Source of the DNA: an uncultured Candidatus Saccharibacteria bacterium
GTDB lineage: Bacteria; Patescibacteriota; Saccharimonadia; CAILAD01; JADZBC01
Length of the DNA stretch: 64,000 nt
Reading direction: 5' to 3'
NCBI GenBank assembly: GCA_964496815.1
Contig: CAZCAO010000002.1
Coordinates: forward strand, 6,265 to 70,264
This document shows positions 1 through 10,815 of this stretch, piece by piece. Under the pieces are notes generated by a model. That model saw only the letters and a list, made by a program, of their open reading frames with translations. It had not been told where the DNA came from and did not search any database. Numbering within the stretch: position 1 is the stretch's first letter; each line of letters starts with the position of its first letter. A program made the position numbers and the translations under genes.

Positions 1-41
1 CGCTTTTCATTCGGAACATTTGTACCTGCAATACGCGCCAT
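1..41 (-). CDS. rpsM: 30S ribosomal protein S13, first 13 codons only (gene runs off window start)
   Basis: Reverse complement of 1..41 reads MARIAGTNVPNEK, a canonical S13 N-terminus. It lies directly after rpmJ. Confidence 0.7.
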   Translation of the reverse strand, partial: MARIAGTNVPNEK

Positions 42-155
42 CTAGCCCTGCCTCTGCTTATGTTTAGGATTTTCACAAATAACCCGTACGACGCGCTTGC
101 GCACGACGACTTTGCACTTGGAACACATTTTTTTAACTCCGGCTCGGACTTTCAT
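42..155 (-). CDS. rpmJ: 50S ribosomal protein L36
   Basis: A 37-aa ORF below the track cutoff. Hand translation: [37 protein letters not shown]. It lies between infA and rpsM. Confidence 0.85.
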   Translation of the reverse strand: MKVRAGVKKMCSKCKVVVRKRVVRVICENPKHKQRQG

Positions 156-174
156 AAATATTACCCTTACTGCA

Positions 175-396
175 TTACTTGTGACGGTATGTTATTCGCC
201 CCTTACTCAGATCGTATGGGGTCATCTCAACGGTAACCTTATCGCCAGGAAGAATTTTTATATAGTGCATACGCATCTTGCCAGATATGTGGGCTAAGAT
301 GGTATGGCCGTTCTCTAGTTCTACCTTAAACATGGCATTTGGTAGAGACTCGAGTACGGTCCCGTCAATTTCAATTACTTCCTTTGTATTTGCCAT
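175..396 (-). CDS. infA: translation initiation factor IF-1
   Basis: 73-aa protein with an S1-like IF-1 sequence ([35 protein letters not shown]). Confidence 0.95.
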   Translation of the reverse strand: MANTKEVIEIDGTVLESLPNAMFKVELENGHTILAHISGKMRMHYIKILPGDKVTVEMTPYDLSKGRITYRHK

Positions 397-469
397 AGAT
401 TACGCGCTACAAGTTGTTATTATATAGGTTCCGAGTGTCATTGTAAAGGGTTTTCCAGGTTAAAGTTGA

Positions 470-1786
470 TTAATACTGATCGTACGTTGCAGTCAGGGCC
501 TTTGCTTCAATTTGGCGCATCGTCTCAATTGCCACAGCAACCACGATAAGTAAGCTTGTACCGCCAATTGCCAACGAGGCAGAGGTACTAATTACTGCCT
601 GTAGGATGAAGGGCAGGATAGCCAAAACACCAAGCGACATGGCTCCAAAAAGAGTGATGCGGTTAACAACCCGCTTTAAGTATGTTGCCGTCTCTTTTCC
701 TGGACGAATTCCAGGTATAAAGCCGCCTTGCTTTTGGAGGTTTTCAGCAATGTCAGTTGGCTTAAAGATGATTGAGGTGTAAAAATATGTAAATGCTACG
801 ACAAGCACAAAATAGGTGGCGGCATACACCCAGCTGGTTGGGGCAAACACTCTCGAAAGCGTCTGTGCAAAGCTCGCTACCCACTCCGTTTTGGCCTTAC
901 TAAACAGCTGCCCGATAAAGGTTGGTACCTGCAAGAATGCTAGTGAGAAGATAATTGGGACCACACCAGCTATAATGACCTTGAGCGGCAAATGTGTGTC
1001 TACAGAGCCATAGGCGGCATTAGCACTTGTGCGGCGCGCGTAAGATACGGGGATATTACGCTGGCCTTCATTGATATATACAACGCCTACCACCGTCAAG
1101 AGGAACAAAATACCAATCGCCACAATACTGACAACTTTCGACGGATCGGCTTGCAAAAGACTAATTTGCTGCGACAACGTAGATGGCAGCCTCGAGACAA
1201 TACCAGCAACGATAAGGATAGATATACCGTTGCCTATACCGCGATCCGTAATAATCTCACCCAACCACATAAGTAGCATGCTACCGGCTGTAATAGTAGC
1301 GACCATAAGTATCCACTGAAACGGTGAGGGCTTACCAATTAAGTCAACGCCTGCTATCTGTTTTGACGTTGTCTGCACAAAGAATATCATTGCAACCGAC
1401 TGGATCAACGCCAGCGGCACAGTCAGTAGCCTCGTGTAGTAGTTGATCTTATTACGGCCTGACTCCCCTTCTTTACTCAAAGCATCCAACTTTGGTACTA
1501 CCTGCGTCAAAAGCTGCATAATAATGGATGCGTTAATGTACGGGCCCAACCCCATCAAGATGATTGAAAAGTTCGTCATTGCGCCGCCAGAGAACAAGTT
1601 TGCAAAACCTAGTAGCGGATTAGACTGGAACAGGCGCAACAAAAAACTCTGGAGCTTCACGGTGTCTGGCACCGGAACGGGCACGTTGGATATAAGAGCG
1701 TAGACGAATAGCACAAGAGCCACAACACCGATTCGCTTGCGCAAATCTTTGTTTCGATACATCTGCCTCAGCACTGCACTATTCAT
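470..1786 (-). CDS. secY: preprotein translocase subunit SecY
   Basis: 438-aa polytopic membrane protein with SecY-type sequence. It follows rplO in spc operon order. Confidence 0.95.
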   Translation of the reverse strand: MNSAVLRQMYRNKDLRKRIGVVALVLFVYALISNVPVPVPDTVKLQSFLLRLFQSNPLLGFANLFSGGAMTNFSIILMGLGPYINASIIMQLLTQVVPKLDALSKEGESGRNKINYYTRLLTVPLALIQSVAMIFFVQTTSKQIAGVDLIGKPSPFQWILMVATITAGSMLLMWLGEIITDRGIGNGISILIVAGIVSRLPSTLSQQISLLQADPSKVVSIVAIGILFLLTVVGVVYINEGQRNIPVSYARRTSANAAYGSVDTHLPLKVIIAGVVPIIFSLAFLQVPTFIGQLFSKAKTEWVASFAQTLSRVFAPTSWVYAATYFVLVVAFTYFYTSIIFKPTDIAENLQKQGGFIPGIRPGKETATYLKRVVNRITLFGAMSLGVLAILPFILQAVISTSASLAIGGTSLLIVVAVAIETMRQIEAKALTATYDQY

Positions 1787-1807
1787 ACTACCTACCCTCT
1801 CGTTTGA

Positions 1808-2299
1808 TTACTTTGCGTCAGCTGATTCGGAAACTTCTGCTTTCGGAGCGGCAATCTGCTTAGCAGTATCCAATACAACCTTTCCACCAGCTTGTTCGAT
1901 CTTCTTGATTGCAGCCTGACTAGCTGCAGTCACCTTTACAGTGTAGGCAGCACTTACTTCGCCAACTGAAAGGAGCTTGATAAGCCCATTGGCTTTTTTG
2001 ACTAATCCATCGGCAGCCAACTTGGCACCGTCAACTGAACCAGCCTTGTACCGCGCCAAGTCACCCACATTTACCACTTGGTAGGTGGTAGGGTTCTTCG
2101 ACTTAAAGCCTCGTGCCTTTGGAAGACGCTGGGCTAACTGAGTCTGGCCACCTTCGAAACCAATTCGGACGCCACCGCCGGTACGAGCATTCTGCCCCTT
2201 AGTACCACGACCAGCAGTCTTACCTTGGCCTGAACCAATACCACGCCCTAGGCGCTTTTTGGCCTTATGAGACTTGAGGGGTAATTCATGGATCTTCAT
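1808..2299 (-). CDS. rplO: 50S ribosomal protein L15
   Basis: KRLGRGIGSGQGKTAGRGTKGQ motif. It has a C-terminal extension. Confidence 0.95.
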   Translation of the reverse strand: MKIHELPLKSHKAKKRLGRGIGSGQGKTAGRGTKGQNARTGGGVRIGFEGGQTQLAQRLPKARGFKSKNPTTYQVVNVGDLARYKAGSVDGAKLAADGLVKKANGLIKLLSVGEVSAAYTVKVTAASQAAIKKIEQAGGKVVLDTAKQIAAPKAEVSESADAK

Positions 2300-2781
2300 T
2301 ATTTGGCCTCCTTGGCTACTGGCTTAGCACTAAAAGCCGCGACACTTCCAAGCGTAGCGAGGGCTTCCTGAGTGGCATACGCGTTGTTAATCTTGTTTGT
2401 CGAACCAAGTGACTTTGTTAATAGGTCTTTAATACCCACGGCCTCTACGACTGATCGTACAGCGCCACCAGCAATTACACCGGTACCGGGACTGGCTGGC
2501 TTCATAAATACCGTTGCTCCGCCAAACGTAACTTGGGTTTCGTGAGGGATCGTGTTGTTTTTGAGCTCTACAGTGATCATCGCTTTCTTTGCCTTGCTAA
2601 CGGCTTTAGCGATAGCAGTCTGAACATCCTGTCCTTTACCTACACCAACACCAACTTTGTCTTTGCCATTCCCAACAACTACTGTTGCTCGGAAGCGAAA
2701 ACGTCGACCACCTTTTACTACGCGCGTCACGCGGTCAAGGGCAATAATCTTTTCTTCAAATTCTTTTACTGCTTCTACCAT
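2299..2781 (-). CDS. rpsE: 30S ribosomal protein S5
   Basis: S5 core sequence (RVTRVVKGGRRFRFRATVVVGN). It abuts rplO, leaving no room for rpmD. Confidence 0.95.
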   Translation of the reverse strand: MVEAVKEFEEKIIALDRVTRVVKGGRRFRFRATVVVGNGKDKVGVGVGKGQDVQTAIAKAVSKAKKAMITVELKNNTIPHETQVTFGGATVFMKPASPGTGVIAGGAVRSVVEAVGIKDLLTKSLGSTNKINNAYATQEALATLGSVAAFSAKPVAKEAK

Positions 2782-2783
2782 AT

Positions 2784-3131
2784 CTAGAATTTTAATCCTT
2801 TCTCGCGAGCAGCGCTAGCCAAGGCAGCAACCCGTCCGTGGTAAATGTGTATACCGCGATCAAATATCACCACTGAGACCTTCTTTGCTTTGCCGGCTTC
2901 AGCTATCTTTTCGCCTACCCAGGTGGCCTTTTCTGTCATATTCTTCTTCGCTAGCTCCTGTTGACCAGTTGACGTTACGTAAGCAATCGTCTTTGCGCTA
3001 TCATCATCAATAAGCTGCGCGGTAACCTGTCGATTTGACACGCTGACGGCCAAACGTGGACGCTCGGCTGTGCCATGAATCTTGGCGCGTATTCGTTTCT
3101 TTTTGAGAATGTCGGCTGTTAATCTTTTCAT
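2784..3131 (-). CDS. rplR: 50S ribosomal protein L18
   Basis: The track ORF is trimmed to the internal Met (MKRLTADILKKKRIRAKIHGTAERPRL), which begins just after the rplF stop. Confidence 0.9.
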   Translation of the reverse strand: MKRLTADILKKKRIRAKIHGTAERPRLAVSVSNRQVTAQLIDDDSAKTIAYVTSTGQQELAKKNMTEKATWVGEKIAEAGKAKKVSVVIFDRGIHIYHGRVAALASAAREKGLKF

Positions 3132-3135
3132 AATA

Positions 3136-3675
3136 TTATCCCTTCGCCGCCGTCTTACCGGCTTTACGTCGAATGTGCTCGCCGGCGTATTTAATACCTT
3201 TACCCTTATATGGCTCTGGCTTGCGGTAAGATCGGATCTTAGCTGCCGCTTCACCGACCAACTGCTTATCATAGCCTGAAACGATAATCTTATTACCTTC
3301 TACCTTCAAATCAACACCTTCAGGAGGTAAATAGCTAATCTTATGCGAATAACCTAAGCTCAAGCTAACACCGCGGCCTTCTGCAGCTGCACGGTAGCCA
3401 ACCCCGTTAATCTCGAGGGCTTTCTCAAACCCTTGTGAGACACCAATGATCATATTGGCAATGAGCGTACGAAGCAGGCCAAACTGTTTCTGGGTTTCGC
3501 TGTTTTCAACTTCACGCACTACAGTAACGAGGCCGTCCTGCTGATCAAGCTTGAAGCCTGGCAATAAAACCTGGCTAAGAGTGCCTTTTGCGCCAGTAAC
3601 TACGATGTTGCCATCTTTTACTTCAAGGGTTACGCCGGCTGGTATTGTAACTGGTACTTTTCCAATTCTACTCAT
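3136..3675 (-). CDS. rplF: 50S ribosomal protein L6
   Basis: MSRIGKVPVTIPAGV N-terminus and operon order. Confidence 0.95.
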   Translation of the reverse strand: MSRIGKVPVTIPAGVTLEVKDGNIVVTGAKGTLSQVLLPGFKLDQQDGLVTVVREVENSETQKQFGLLRTLIANMIIGVSQGFEKALEINGVGYRAAAEGRGVSLSLGYSHKISYLPPEGVDLKVEGNKIIVSGYDKQLVGEAAAKIRSYRKPEPYKGKGIKYAGEHIRRKAGKTAAKG

Positions 3676-3682
3676 GCTACAC

Positions 3683-4078
3683 CTACCATACCTTACAGAT
3701 TAATTCGCCGCCAAGACCTTTTTGACGAGCCTCTTGACCAGTCATGAGGCCTGACGAAGTTGACACGATAACGATACCTCGTCCGCTTAGAACGTGTGGG
3801 ATTTCATCTCGCTTGGCATACACCCGTCGACCTGGCTTACTGACGCGCAGAAGCTTCTGCAAAGGACGTTTCACGCCTTGGCCATCAATACCTAATTCGA
3901 GCACTTGAAAGGCTCCATTCTTCACCACATTAACACGTGAAACATATCCTGATTTGGCAAGAATATCAGCAATCTGGTGCTTAATTCTTGAATAAGGGAT
4001 AGAGACTTGCGCCATTCCCGCTCCACGTGCATTGCGGATGCGAGTAAGCATATCTGCGATTGGATCTGTAGTAATCAT
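3683..4078 (-). CDS. rpsH: 30S ribosomal protein S8
   Basis: DPIADMLTRIRNA motif. Confidence 0.95.
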   Translation of the reverse strand: MITTDPIADMLTRIRNARGAGMAQVSIPYSRIKHQIADILAKSGYVSRVNVVKNGAFQVLELGIDGQGVKRPLQKLLRVSKPGRRVYAKRDEIPHVLSGRGIVIVSTSSGLMTGQEARQKGLGGELICKVW

Positions 4079-4094
4079 GCTTGTCTCCTTTCCT

Positions 4095-4364
4095 TTACCA
4101 ACTTGATTTCGTTACACCAGGGATCTGTCCCTTGGAAGCATACTCACGGAATGTAATACGTGATAACCCAAATTTGCGAATATATCCACGTGATCGTCCG
4201 GTAACCTCGCAACGATTACGCATACGATTTGGGTTAGAGTTACGCGGCAACTTTGCCAATCCCTCTAAATCCCCTACTGCCTTTAGCTCGGCGCGCTTAA
4301 CGGCATACTTGTCTGCTAATTTCTGGCGCTTTAGCTCGCGCTGCAATAATGCTTTTCTAGCCAT
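4095..4364 (-). CDS. rpsN: 30S ribosomal protein S14
   Basis: 89-aa protein starting MARKAL and ending GVTKSSW, as S14 does. Confidence 0.9.
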   Translation of the reverse strand: MARKALLQRELKRQKLADKYAVKRAELKAVGDLEGLAKLPRNSNPNRMRNRCEVTGRSRGYIRKFGLSRITFREYASKGQIPGVTKSSW

Positions 4365-4912
4365 TAGTTCGCTCCTTTCTCAAACGGCATGCCGAGGCCT
4401 GCTAGTAAAGCCTTAGCGGCGTCCTTGTCATGCCCGCTTGTAATTATATTAATTTGCATCCCATGTGTGGTGTGCGCTTCCTCGTAGGATATCTGCGGGA
4501 AAACGGTTTGCTCTTTGATGCCAATACTGTAGTTGCCCTGTGGGTCAAAGGCACTAGCTTTTACACCATGGAAGTCACGAATGCGTGGCAACACGACACT
4601 CACCAGCTGGTCGAGGAAGTAATACATGCGATCACCTCGCAACGTAACCGTTGCGCCAATCTCGTTGCCTTCACGTAGCTTAAAGGTGGCGATGCTCTTG
4701 CGCGCCTTGGTGATAACTGGTTTCTGACCAGTTACTTTAGTAAGGGTTGCGATTGCCTGCTCAAGGTGCTTACTGTCTTGCAAGGCACGGCCGACACCAA
4801 CACTAACAACGATCTTCTCGATGCGTGGCACTTGATTAGGGTTCTTGAGTCCTAACGATGCAGCCAATTCCTTGGCAAGTGTATTCTTATAATGGTCTTT
4901 GAGTCTATTCAT
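4364..4912 (-). CDS. rplE: 50S ribosomal protein L5
   Basis: L5 sequence ([13 protein letters not shown]) and operon order. Confidence 0.95.
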   Translation of the reverse strand: MNRLKDHYKNTLAKELAASLGLKNPNQVPRIEKIVVSVGVGRALQDSKHLEQAIATLTKVTGQKPVITKARKSIATFKLREGNEIGATVTLRGDRMYYFLDQLVSVVLPRIRDFHGVKASAFDPQGNYSIGIKEQTVFPQISYEEAHTTHGMQINIITSGHDKDAAKALLAGLGMPFEKGAN

Positions 4913-4914
4913 GG

Positions 4915-5295
4915 TTACTTCTCACTCTTTTCTGCTTTGGCTGGCTTGGCAACTTTTGCTTCTGCTTTCGGCTTGGTCTTGTTCTGGAAAGAAGAGACTT
5001 TGAAAACGCGCTCTTTATTACCTTTGGCATCTACTTTGTAGCCAATACGAGCTGGCTTACCCGTTGCAGGGTCCAAAATCATCACTTTTGCAGCATCAAG
5101 CGGCTTAGCCAACTCCACAATGCCGCCACGTGGAGTCTTGGCATTTGGCTTGGTGTGCTTTTTAACTACATTAATACCCTCCACGACCACCTGGTTCTCT
5201 TTAGGAAGCACTGCAACAATCTCACCCTTTTTACCTTTATCGCGACCTCGGATTACCATTACCTTGTCTTTAAGTCTAAGTTTCATGGTATTCAT
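4915..5295 (-). CDS. rplX: 50S ribosomal protein L24
   Basis: KOW motif (VMVIRGRDKGKKGEI). A GGAGG sits 9 nt upstream of the 5295 start. It has a Lys/Ala-rich C-terminal tail. Confidence 0.9.
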   Translation of the reverse strand: MNTMKLRLKDKVMVIRGRDKGKKGEIVAVLPKENQVVVEGINVVKKHTKPNAKTPRGGIVELAKPLDAAKVMILDPATGKPARIGYKVDAKGNKERVFKVSSFQNKTKPKAEAKVAKPAKAEKSEK

Positions 5296-5296
5296 C

Positions 5297-5665
5297 CTAA
5301 AGTACCTCCGGAGCGAGTGATACGATCTTCATGTAGCCACGTTCACGCAATTCGCGGGTAACCGGGCCGAAGATGCGGGTGCCGCGAGGCAAACCAGCTT
5401 TATCGATTACAACTGCTGCATTCTCGTCAAAACGAATCGATGAACCATCGGCACGCAATGTTTCTTTGGCAGTGCGAACCACTACAGCCCGAATGACTTC
5501 TTTCTTCTTAACAGTGCCATTTGGCGTGGCAGTCTTAACACTAGCTACAATGATATCTCCGACACGAGCATAGCGTCGACGTGAGCCACCGAGCACCTTG
5601 ATGCACATAATCTGCTTCGCACCGGTGTTGTCGGCTATTTTAAGTCGGGTTTGGGGCTGAATCAT
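5297..5665 (-). CDS. rplN: 50S ribosomal protein L14
   Basis: [18 protein letters not shown]-terminus. Confidence 0.95.
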   Translation of the reverse strand: MIQPQTRLKIADNTGAKQIMCIKVLGGSRRRYARVGDIIVASVKTATPNGTVKKKEVIRAVVVRTAKETLRADGSSIRFDENAAVVIDKAGLPRGTRIFGPVTRELRERGYMKIVSLAPEVL

Positions 5666-5922
5666 GCCTTACCTCCCTTAACAATAACTTCACCAGTCTT
5701 CTTGGTGACAGTAAACTTCTTGGTCTTACTCAAAGGTCGAGTCTCGGTCAATTCAACGAGGTCACCAACCTTGTATTGGTTGTTCTCGTCATGCGCTTTG
5801 AATTTAGCAGTCGTTTTGTACTGTTTTTTGTACAATGGATGAGTCTTGAGGCGCTCTACCGCAACCACAACCGTCTTGTCCATCTTGTCTGATACGACTT
5901 TGCCGTTTAGTACTCTACTCAT
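5662..5922 (-). CDS. rpsQ: 30S ribosomal protein S17
   Basis: S17 sequence ([18 protein letters not shown]) and operon order. Confidence 0.95.
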   Translation of the reverse strand: MSRVLNGKVVSDKMDKTVVVAVERLKTHPLYKKQYKTTAKFKAHDENNQYKVGDLVELTETRPLSKTKKFTVTKKTGEVIVKGGKA

Positions 5923-6127
5923 TGGTTTTCTCCATATCTTTGATTTGGGCCTCGCGCTGAAGCGTCATAACTCGAGCGATATCTCGCTTGAGTGCCTTTA
6001 CTTGCTTTACATTCGGCGTTTCTTTAACACGCATGTCGACGTGCGTCTGGGCTAGTTTAACCTGCAAGTCCTTAAGCATCGTAGCCAGCTCTTTGGTTGA
6101 TTTTGTACGCATTTCCTTAACCTTCAT
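5915..6127 (-). CDS. rpmC: 50S ribosomal protein L29
   Basis: Trimmed to the Met preceded by AGGAGA (ccaggagaaagtcATG). The sequence is L29-like helical ([14 protein letters not shown]). Confidence 0.85.
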   Translation of the reverse strand: MKVKEMRTKSTKELATMLKDLQVKLAQTHVDMRVKETPNVKQVKALKRDIARVMTLQREAQIKDMEKTNE

Positions 6128-6548
6128 GACTTTCTCCTGGTGATGCCTTAACAATAAACTTCGTCTTGACTGGCATCTTCATTGCGGCAAGTCGCATTGC
6201 CTCTTTGGCTACTTCTTCGCTTACCCCATCCATCTCAAACATAATTCTACCTGCCTGAACCTTGGCAACATAATGACTCAACGCACCCTTACCGCTACCC
6301 ATTCGAACTTCGGCAGGCTTGGCCGTGACAGGAGTATGAGGAAAAATTCTGATCCAAATCTTACCACCACGCTTGATATAACGTGTCATAGCACGACGAG
6401 CAGCCTCAATCTGGCGCGATGTAATACGTTCATTACCCATTGCCTGCAGACCATAGCGGCCGAAGTTAATTTCGGTACCACGAGTAGCCAGGCCTCGGTT
6501 CTTGCCCTTCATTGCTTTTCGGAATTTCGTTTTCTTTGGTAATAGCAT
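6117..6548 (-). CDS. rplP: 50S ribosomal protein L16
   Basis: [12 protein letters not shown]-terminus. Confidence 0.95.
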   Translation of the reverse strand: MLLPKKTKFRKAMKGKNRGLATRGTEINFGRYGLQAMGNERITSRQIEAARRAMTRYIKRGGKIWIRIFPHTPVTAKPAEVRMGSGKGALSHYVAKVQAGRIMFEMDGVSEEVAKEAMRLAAMKMPVKTKFIVKASPGESHEG

Positions 6549-6563
6549 TTCTTTTTCCTCGGC

Positions 6564-7181
6564 CTACTTCTTATAAACCCATACTTTAACGCCGATAATG
6601 CCGTACGTCGTCTTGGCTTCGGCAGTACCATAATCAATATTTGCCCGCAGGGTATGGAGTGGGATGCTACCCTGAGAAGCAACTTCAGCACGGGCCATTT
6701 CAGCTCCGTTCAACCGACCAGCGACGCGAACTTTAGCTCCAAGAGCTCCGGCCTTTACGGCGCTGTCTACAGTCATCTTAATAACGCGTCGAAACGCGAT
6801 ACGACGCTCTAACTGAGAAGCAACGTTTTCGGCGATCAACTGGGCGCGCATTTCTGGCTGCTTAACTTCTTCGATATTAACTTTCACATTCGGACCAGCT
6901 ACTTTGGCTATGGCCTTCTTGAGAGCATCAATGCCTGAGCCGCTACGGCCAATTACGACACCAGGTTTAGAAGTATGAATCGTGACCGTTACCGCTCCAG
7001 TAGAACGCTCAATATCAACCGCGGCCACGCCAGCACGGAAAGTCAGGTTCTGTGCAATAACGCGTCGGATTGCAATGTCCCCAGAAAGATTCTTAGCGAA
7101 ATCCTTAGTTGCGAACCACTTGCTCGACCAGTCTTTGTTGATCTGGAGGCGGAAACTCGTTGGATTTACTTTTTGACCCAT
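6564..7181 (-). CDS. rpsC: 30S ribosomal protein S3
   Basis: MGQKVNPTSFRL N-terminus with KH domain. Confidence 0.95.
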   Translation of the reverse strand: MGQKVNPTSFRLQINKDWSSKWFATKDFAKNLSGDIAIRRVIAQNLTFRAGVAAVDIERSTGAVTVTIHTSKPGVVIGRSGSGIDALKKAIAKVAGPNVKVNIEEVKQPEMRAQLIAENVASQLERRIAFRRVIKMTVDSAVKAGALGAKVRVAGRLNGAEMARAEVASQGSIPLHTLRANIDYGTAEAKTTYGIIGVKVWVYKK

Positions 7182-7570
7182 TATTTGGCCTCCTTCGTTA
7201 CTGGCTTTGCATTACTTTTTGGTTTTGTTACGGCAGGCTTTGCGTCAGTCAACGTAATTACCAGGTGTGAACTACGATGCAGTATTGCACTACTGGCACC
7301 TTTAGCACGTGGGCGCATACGCTTCAGCGTCGAGCCTTCATCAACACGGATTTCATCAATCCGCATCACTTTAGGATTAAGGTTATAGTTGTTCTCCGCA
7401 TTGGCACTGGCACTTTTGAGGGTTGCGTACACCATATCGGCGGCCTTCTTGTGTGTGACTCGGAGTAGCTGCTGGGCGGCCACAACGTCTTTTCCACGCA
7501 CCATATCGGCTACAAGTCGCAGCTTCCGAGCAGATATTGGTAATTGACGTGTCTTGGCTTGAACTTTCAT
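7181..7570 (-). CDS. rplV: 50S ribosomal protein L22
   Basis: Trimmed to the internal Met (MKVQAKTRQLPISARKLRLV) beside the rpsS stop. Confidence 0.9.
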   Translation of the reverse strand: MKVQAKTRQLPISARKLRLVADMVRGKDVVAAQQLLRVTHKKAADMVYATLKSASANAENNYNLNPKVMRIDEIRVDEGSTLKRMRPRAKGASSAILHRSSHLVITLTDAKPAVTKPKSNAKPVTKEAK

Positions 7571-7571
7571 A

Positions 7572-7850
7572 CTATTTACCTTGCGCCTTTGCGAGTTTAC
7601 CACCGTGACCACGGAATTTTCTGGTAGGCGAAAATTCACCGAGCTTATGACCAACCATATTCTCTGTCACAAACACTGGTAAGTGTTGCTTGCCATTATG
7701 AACAGCAATTGTTTTACCAACCATTTCCGGAGAGATGCTACTGGAACGGGCCCAGGTCTTAATAACCGTCTTGTCATTCGGACCTAGCGCCATGACTTTC
7801 TTCAAGAGCTTTGCGTCTACGTATGGACCTTTTTTGAGAGATCTACTCAT
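7572..7850 (-). CDS. rpsS: 30S ribosomal protein S19
   Basis: [13 protein letters not shown]-terminus. Confidence 0.95.
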   Translation of the reverse strand: MSRSLKKGPYVDAKLLKKVMALGPNDKTVIKTWARSSSISPEMVGKTIAVHNGKQHLPVFVTENMVGHKLGEFSPTRKFRGHGGKLAKAQGK

Positions 7851-7856
7851 AATAAC

Positions 7857-8690
7857 CTACCTATTTCCCTTTCCGCGTCGGCGTATAATCATATCAATGC
7901 CCTTTTTGCGACGGCGTGTTCGCTTACCAATTGCATGTTTGCCCCATGGGGTTTTCTGGAATGGCATACCAATATCAGTACCGCCTTCACCACCACCGTG
8001 TGGGTGATCAACCGGGTTCATCGCCTTACCACGTACGGTTGGACGGAAGCCCATGTGCCGTTTGCGACCGGCATTACCGACTTTGATATTCTGGTGTTCG
8101 GCATTACCAATTGCGCCTAGGGTAGCCATACATGTCTGGTGTACAAGTCGGACTTCACCCGATGGCAACTTAACCTGCACATAAACGCCTTCTTTTGCAG
8201 CCAGCTGAGCGCGCGCGCCTGCAGAACGTGCCATCTGCCCACCACGGCCAGGAGTTAGCTCGATATTAGAGATGACAGAACCTACTGGTATCGCAGATAG
8301 AGGTAGGCGGTTGCCTACTTTAATCTCTGCGTCTTTACCACTTGTGATAGTCTGACCTACCTTCAAGCCAGCATTTGCCACCACATACGCCTTGCCGCCT
8401 TCTTTGAGTTGCAACAGGGCGATACGAGCACTTCTACCTGGGTCGTATTCGATGGCTACCACCTTGGCACCTTCAACTCCTACGAGCTTAAAATCAACGA
8501 TACGGATAGCGCGTTTTGCACCACCACCACGGTGTCGGGTCGTAATTTTACCCTGGTTGTTACGACCAGCCTTCTGTTTGCGTTTTAGAATCAATGACTT
8601 TTCTGGAGACTTCTTCGTAATCTCAGCAAAATCACTCACGCTCATATTACGTCGGGCAGCTGTATTCGGCTTATAAACTCGTACTGGCAT
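7857..8690 (-). CDS. rplB: 50S ribosomal protein L2
   Basis: 277-aa protein with the L2 motif ([13 protein letters not shown]). Confidence 0.95.
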   Translation of the reverse strand: MPVRVYKPNTAARRNMSVSDFAEITKKSPEKSLILKRKQKAGRNNQGKITTRHRGGGAKRAIRIVDFKLVGVEGAKVVAIEYDPGRSARIALLQLKEGGKAYVVANAGLKVGQTITSGKDAEIKVGNRLPLSAIPVGSVISNIELTPGRGGQMARSAGARAQLAAKEGVYVQVKLPSGEVRLVHQTCMATLGAIGNAEHQNIKVGNAGRKRHMGFRPTVRGKAMNPVDHPHGGGEGGTDIGMPFQKTPWGKHAIGKRTRRRKKGIDMIIRRRGKGNR

Positions 8691-9058
8691 TATTTGGCCT
8701 CCTTGGCAGCTTTAGTAGCTGGCTTTTTGGCTTCGTCTTTAGCCTGCTTCTTATCAGCCTTCTTAACTTCCTTGCTGTCAGCTTCAGCCTCAAAGATTGA
8801 TATACTCTGACCCTCTTTGACGGCAACCATAGCCTTTTTAACGTCAACGCGACGACCAGACTTGCCTTTGAATCGCTTGATCTTGCCCTTCGTAATAACA
8901 ATTCGAACATCCGTTGCGTCAACGTTGAATGCTGATTTTACCGCACGCGCAACTTCAATCTTATTCGTTGCCATTGGGACCTCAAAGGTATACACCTTAT
9001 TTGCGGCAAGCATAATGCTCTTTTCTGAAATTACTGGCTTTAGGATGAGCTGTGACAT
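8690..9058 (-). CDS. rplW: 50S ribosomal protein L23
   Basis: Trimmed to the Met at the rplD stop ([14 protein letters not shown]). It has a Lys/Ala-rich tail. Confidence 0.85.
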   Translation of the reverse strand: MSQLILKPVISEKSIMLAANKVYTFEVPMATNKIEVARAVKSAFNVDATDVRIVITKGKIKRFKGKSGRRVDVKKAMVAVKEGQSISIFEAEADSKEVKKADKKQAKDEAKKPATKAAKEAK

Positions 9059-9687
9059 TATTTCGTCCCTCCAAGCCATTGCTTAATGGCCTCTAGGGCT
9101 GGTTGTTCAATGATAATGGCATCTGCATTGAGTACGTCAAATGTGGTAATGCGCTGCGGTGTTACTGCTTCAACGCCTGGCAAATTCGCTACTGAGCGGG
9201 CAACTGCTTCGGTCATAGCACTCACGACGACCAACACTCTACCCTCTACTTCAAGTTTAGCGAGTAAATCAACAGCGGCGCGAGTCTTGGACTCTGCAGG
9301 CTTAAATGAATCAATGACCTTAATACGATCAGCCTGGGCACTCAGTGCCTGGGCTACAGCACCACGGACCATTTTCTTAGTCATGGTGATGCTGTAATTT
9401 TCGTTGCCAGTTGGACCAAAAACAATACCACCTGTTCGCCAAAGCGGCGTACGGCTCGAACCCACACGGGCTCGACCAGTACCTTTTTGACGCCACGGTT
9501 TCTTACCACCGCCACGAACCAAGCCACGGGTAAGTGTCTTGGCATTATTTGTACGGCGATTTGCTAACGCGCGACGGTAGGCCAAACCAAGTAACTCCGC
9601 GTTTACTTCCTGTCCAAAAATTGCCTTATCGAGCGTTACTTCGGTCGTGGCTTTCTTGCCGGCAGATGTATATGTTGCAACCTTCAT
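9058..9687 (-). CDS. rplD: 50S ribosomal protein L4
   Basis: L4 sequence (GGGKKPWRQKGTGRAR). Confidence 0.95.
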   Translation of the reverse strand: MKVATYTSAGKKATTEVTLDKAIFGQEVNAELLGLAYRRALANRRTNNAKTLTRGLVRGGGKKPWRQKGTGRARVGSSRTPLWRTGGIVFGPTGNENYSITMTKKMVRGAVAQALSAQADRIKVIDSFKPAESKTRAAVDLLAKLEVEGRVLVVVSAMTEAVARSVANLPGVEAVTPQRITTFDVLNADAIIIEQPALEAIKQWLGGTK

Positions 9688-9690
9688 AGC

Positions 9691-10296
9691 CTAACCCCTT
9701 ACCATTACTAAGCTTTTTTTCGGTCCTGGTACAGCGCCTCGTACGACAAGAATATTGTTTTCAACATCAATTTCCATAACCTTGAGATTCTTAACAGTCA
9801 CAGCCTTATGGCCCATTTGACCAGCCATTTTCTGGCCTTTGAAGACGTGCTGAGGATACCCTGCGCCAATAGAGCCAGGCGCACGATGGTTATGGCTACC
9901 ATGCGTCATCGGGCCACGTGCAAAGTTATGACGCTTAATTGTTCCGGCGAAACCTTTGCCCTTAGAAACAGCACTTACTGTTATGCTGTCACCGACGGCA
10001 AAAACATCGGCTTTAAGCTCATCACCAACGGTCATTTCTGGCTGATCGCCATCGACGCGATATTCGGTCAAGAAACGGCTATTGGCCTTGGCTGGCTTGA
10101 GGTGCCCAGCCTGTGGCTTAGCTTGGTGCTTGGCTTCTCCAAACCCAATCTGTACAGCACTATAGCCATCTCGCTCCACGCTTTTGAGTTGAGTAATCAC
10201 ACACGGACCAGCCTCCAGTACCGTTACTGGAGTCATTACACCTGATTCATCAAAAATCTGTGTCATGCCGATCTTTTTTGCAAGCAATGCTTTCAC
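9691..10296 (-). CDS. rplC: 50S ribosomal protein L3
   Basis: GTG start with AAGGAA 7 nt upstream. L3 N-terminus ([14 protein letters not shown]). Confidence 0.95.
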   Translation of the reverse strand: MKALLAKKIGMTQIFDESGVMTPVTVLEAGPCVITQLKSVERDGYSAVQIGFGEAKHQAKPQAGHLKPAKANSRFLTEYRVDGDQPEMTVGDELKADVFAVGDSITVSAVSKGKGFAGTIKRHNFARGPMTHGSHNHRAPGSIGAGYPQHVFKGQKMAGQMGHKAVTVKNLKVMEIDVENNILVVRGAVPGPKKSLVMVRG

Positions 10297-10433
10297 GCGT
10301 GGGTTCCTTAATGTGATTATTGTAGAAAAACAAATCCTGGCAAGTAGATGGGTTTCCGCTCAGATGGTTGGGCCGAACGGACCTAATCACTTCCCAGCCG
10401 TTAAGCTTGAAGGAATGTTTTAAACCAAGCGCT

Positions 10434-10463
10434 AGTGTACCAGATAACCAACAGGAGTGTCAA
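10434..10463 (-). promoter_or_regulatory. sigma70-like promoter for the rplC...rpmJ operon
   Basis: The minus strand reads TTGACA-18 nt-TACACT, about 140 nt upstream of the rplC start. Confidence 0.5.
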
Positions 10464-10486
10464 CTGTTTTCTAGGCTCGATTGTCA

Positions 10487-10813
10487 CTATGCCCGACGAA
10501 GTTCAATCAGAAGGCCCCTCCGAACCATTCTAAGCGCTATAATTCCGAGAAAACCACCGACGAGATAGGATATTGCCCACCAAGGGTTTTGAACGAATAT
10601 ACGCCATTCCAGGATGGCAGGCAAAAGTGCAAAGCAGGCAGATATCATGCCTAAAGCTCTACCCTGAACATAAAGCTTACTTGAATTTAATCGCTGGCTG
10701 CGATTACGCTTGCGAACCTCGAGAAGCAGCAATCCAACCCTAATGTTCAAATAGGTCAAAAAGGGCAATGGCAGTAAGCTCACCCAGAAAGCCGGTGTCG
10801 GTGCAAAGTCCAT
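10487..10813 (-). CDS. hypothetical small membrane protein (about 3 TM segments)
   Basis: 108-aa hydrophobic ORF abutting the next ORF. No family recognised. Confidence 0.5.
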   Translation of the reverse strand: MDFAPTPAFWVSLLPLPFLTYLNIRVGLLLLEVRKRNRSQRLNSSKLYVQGRALGMISACFALLPAILEWRIFVQNPWWAISYLVGGFLGIIALRMVRRGLLIELRRA

Positions 10814-10815
10814 AA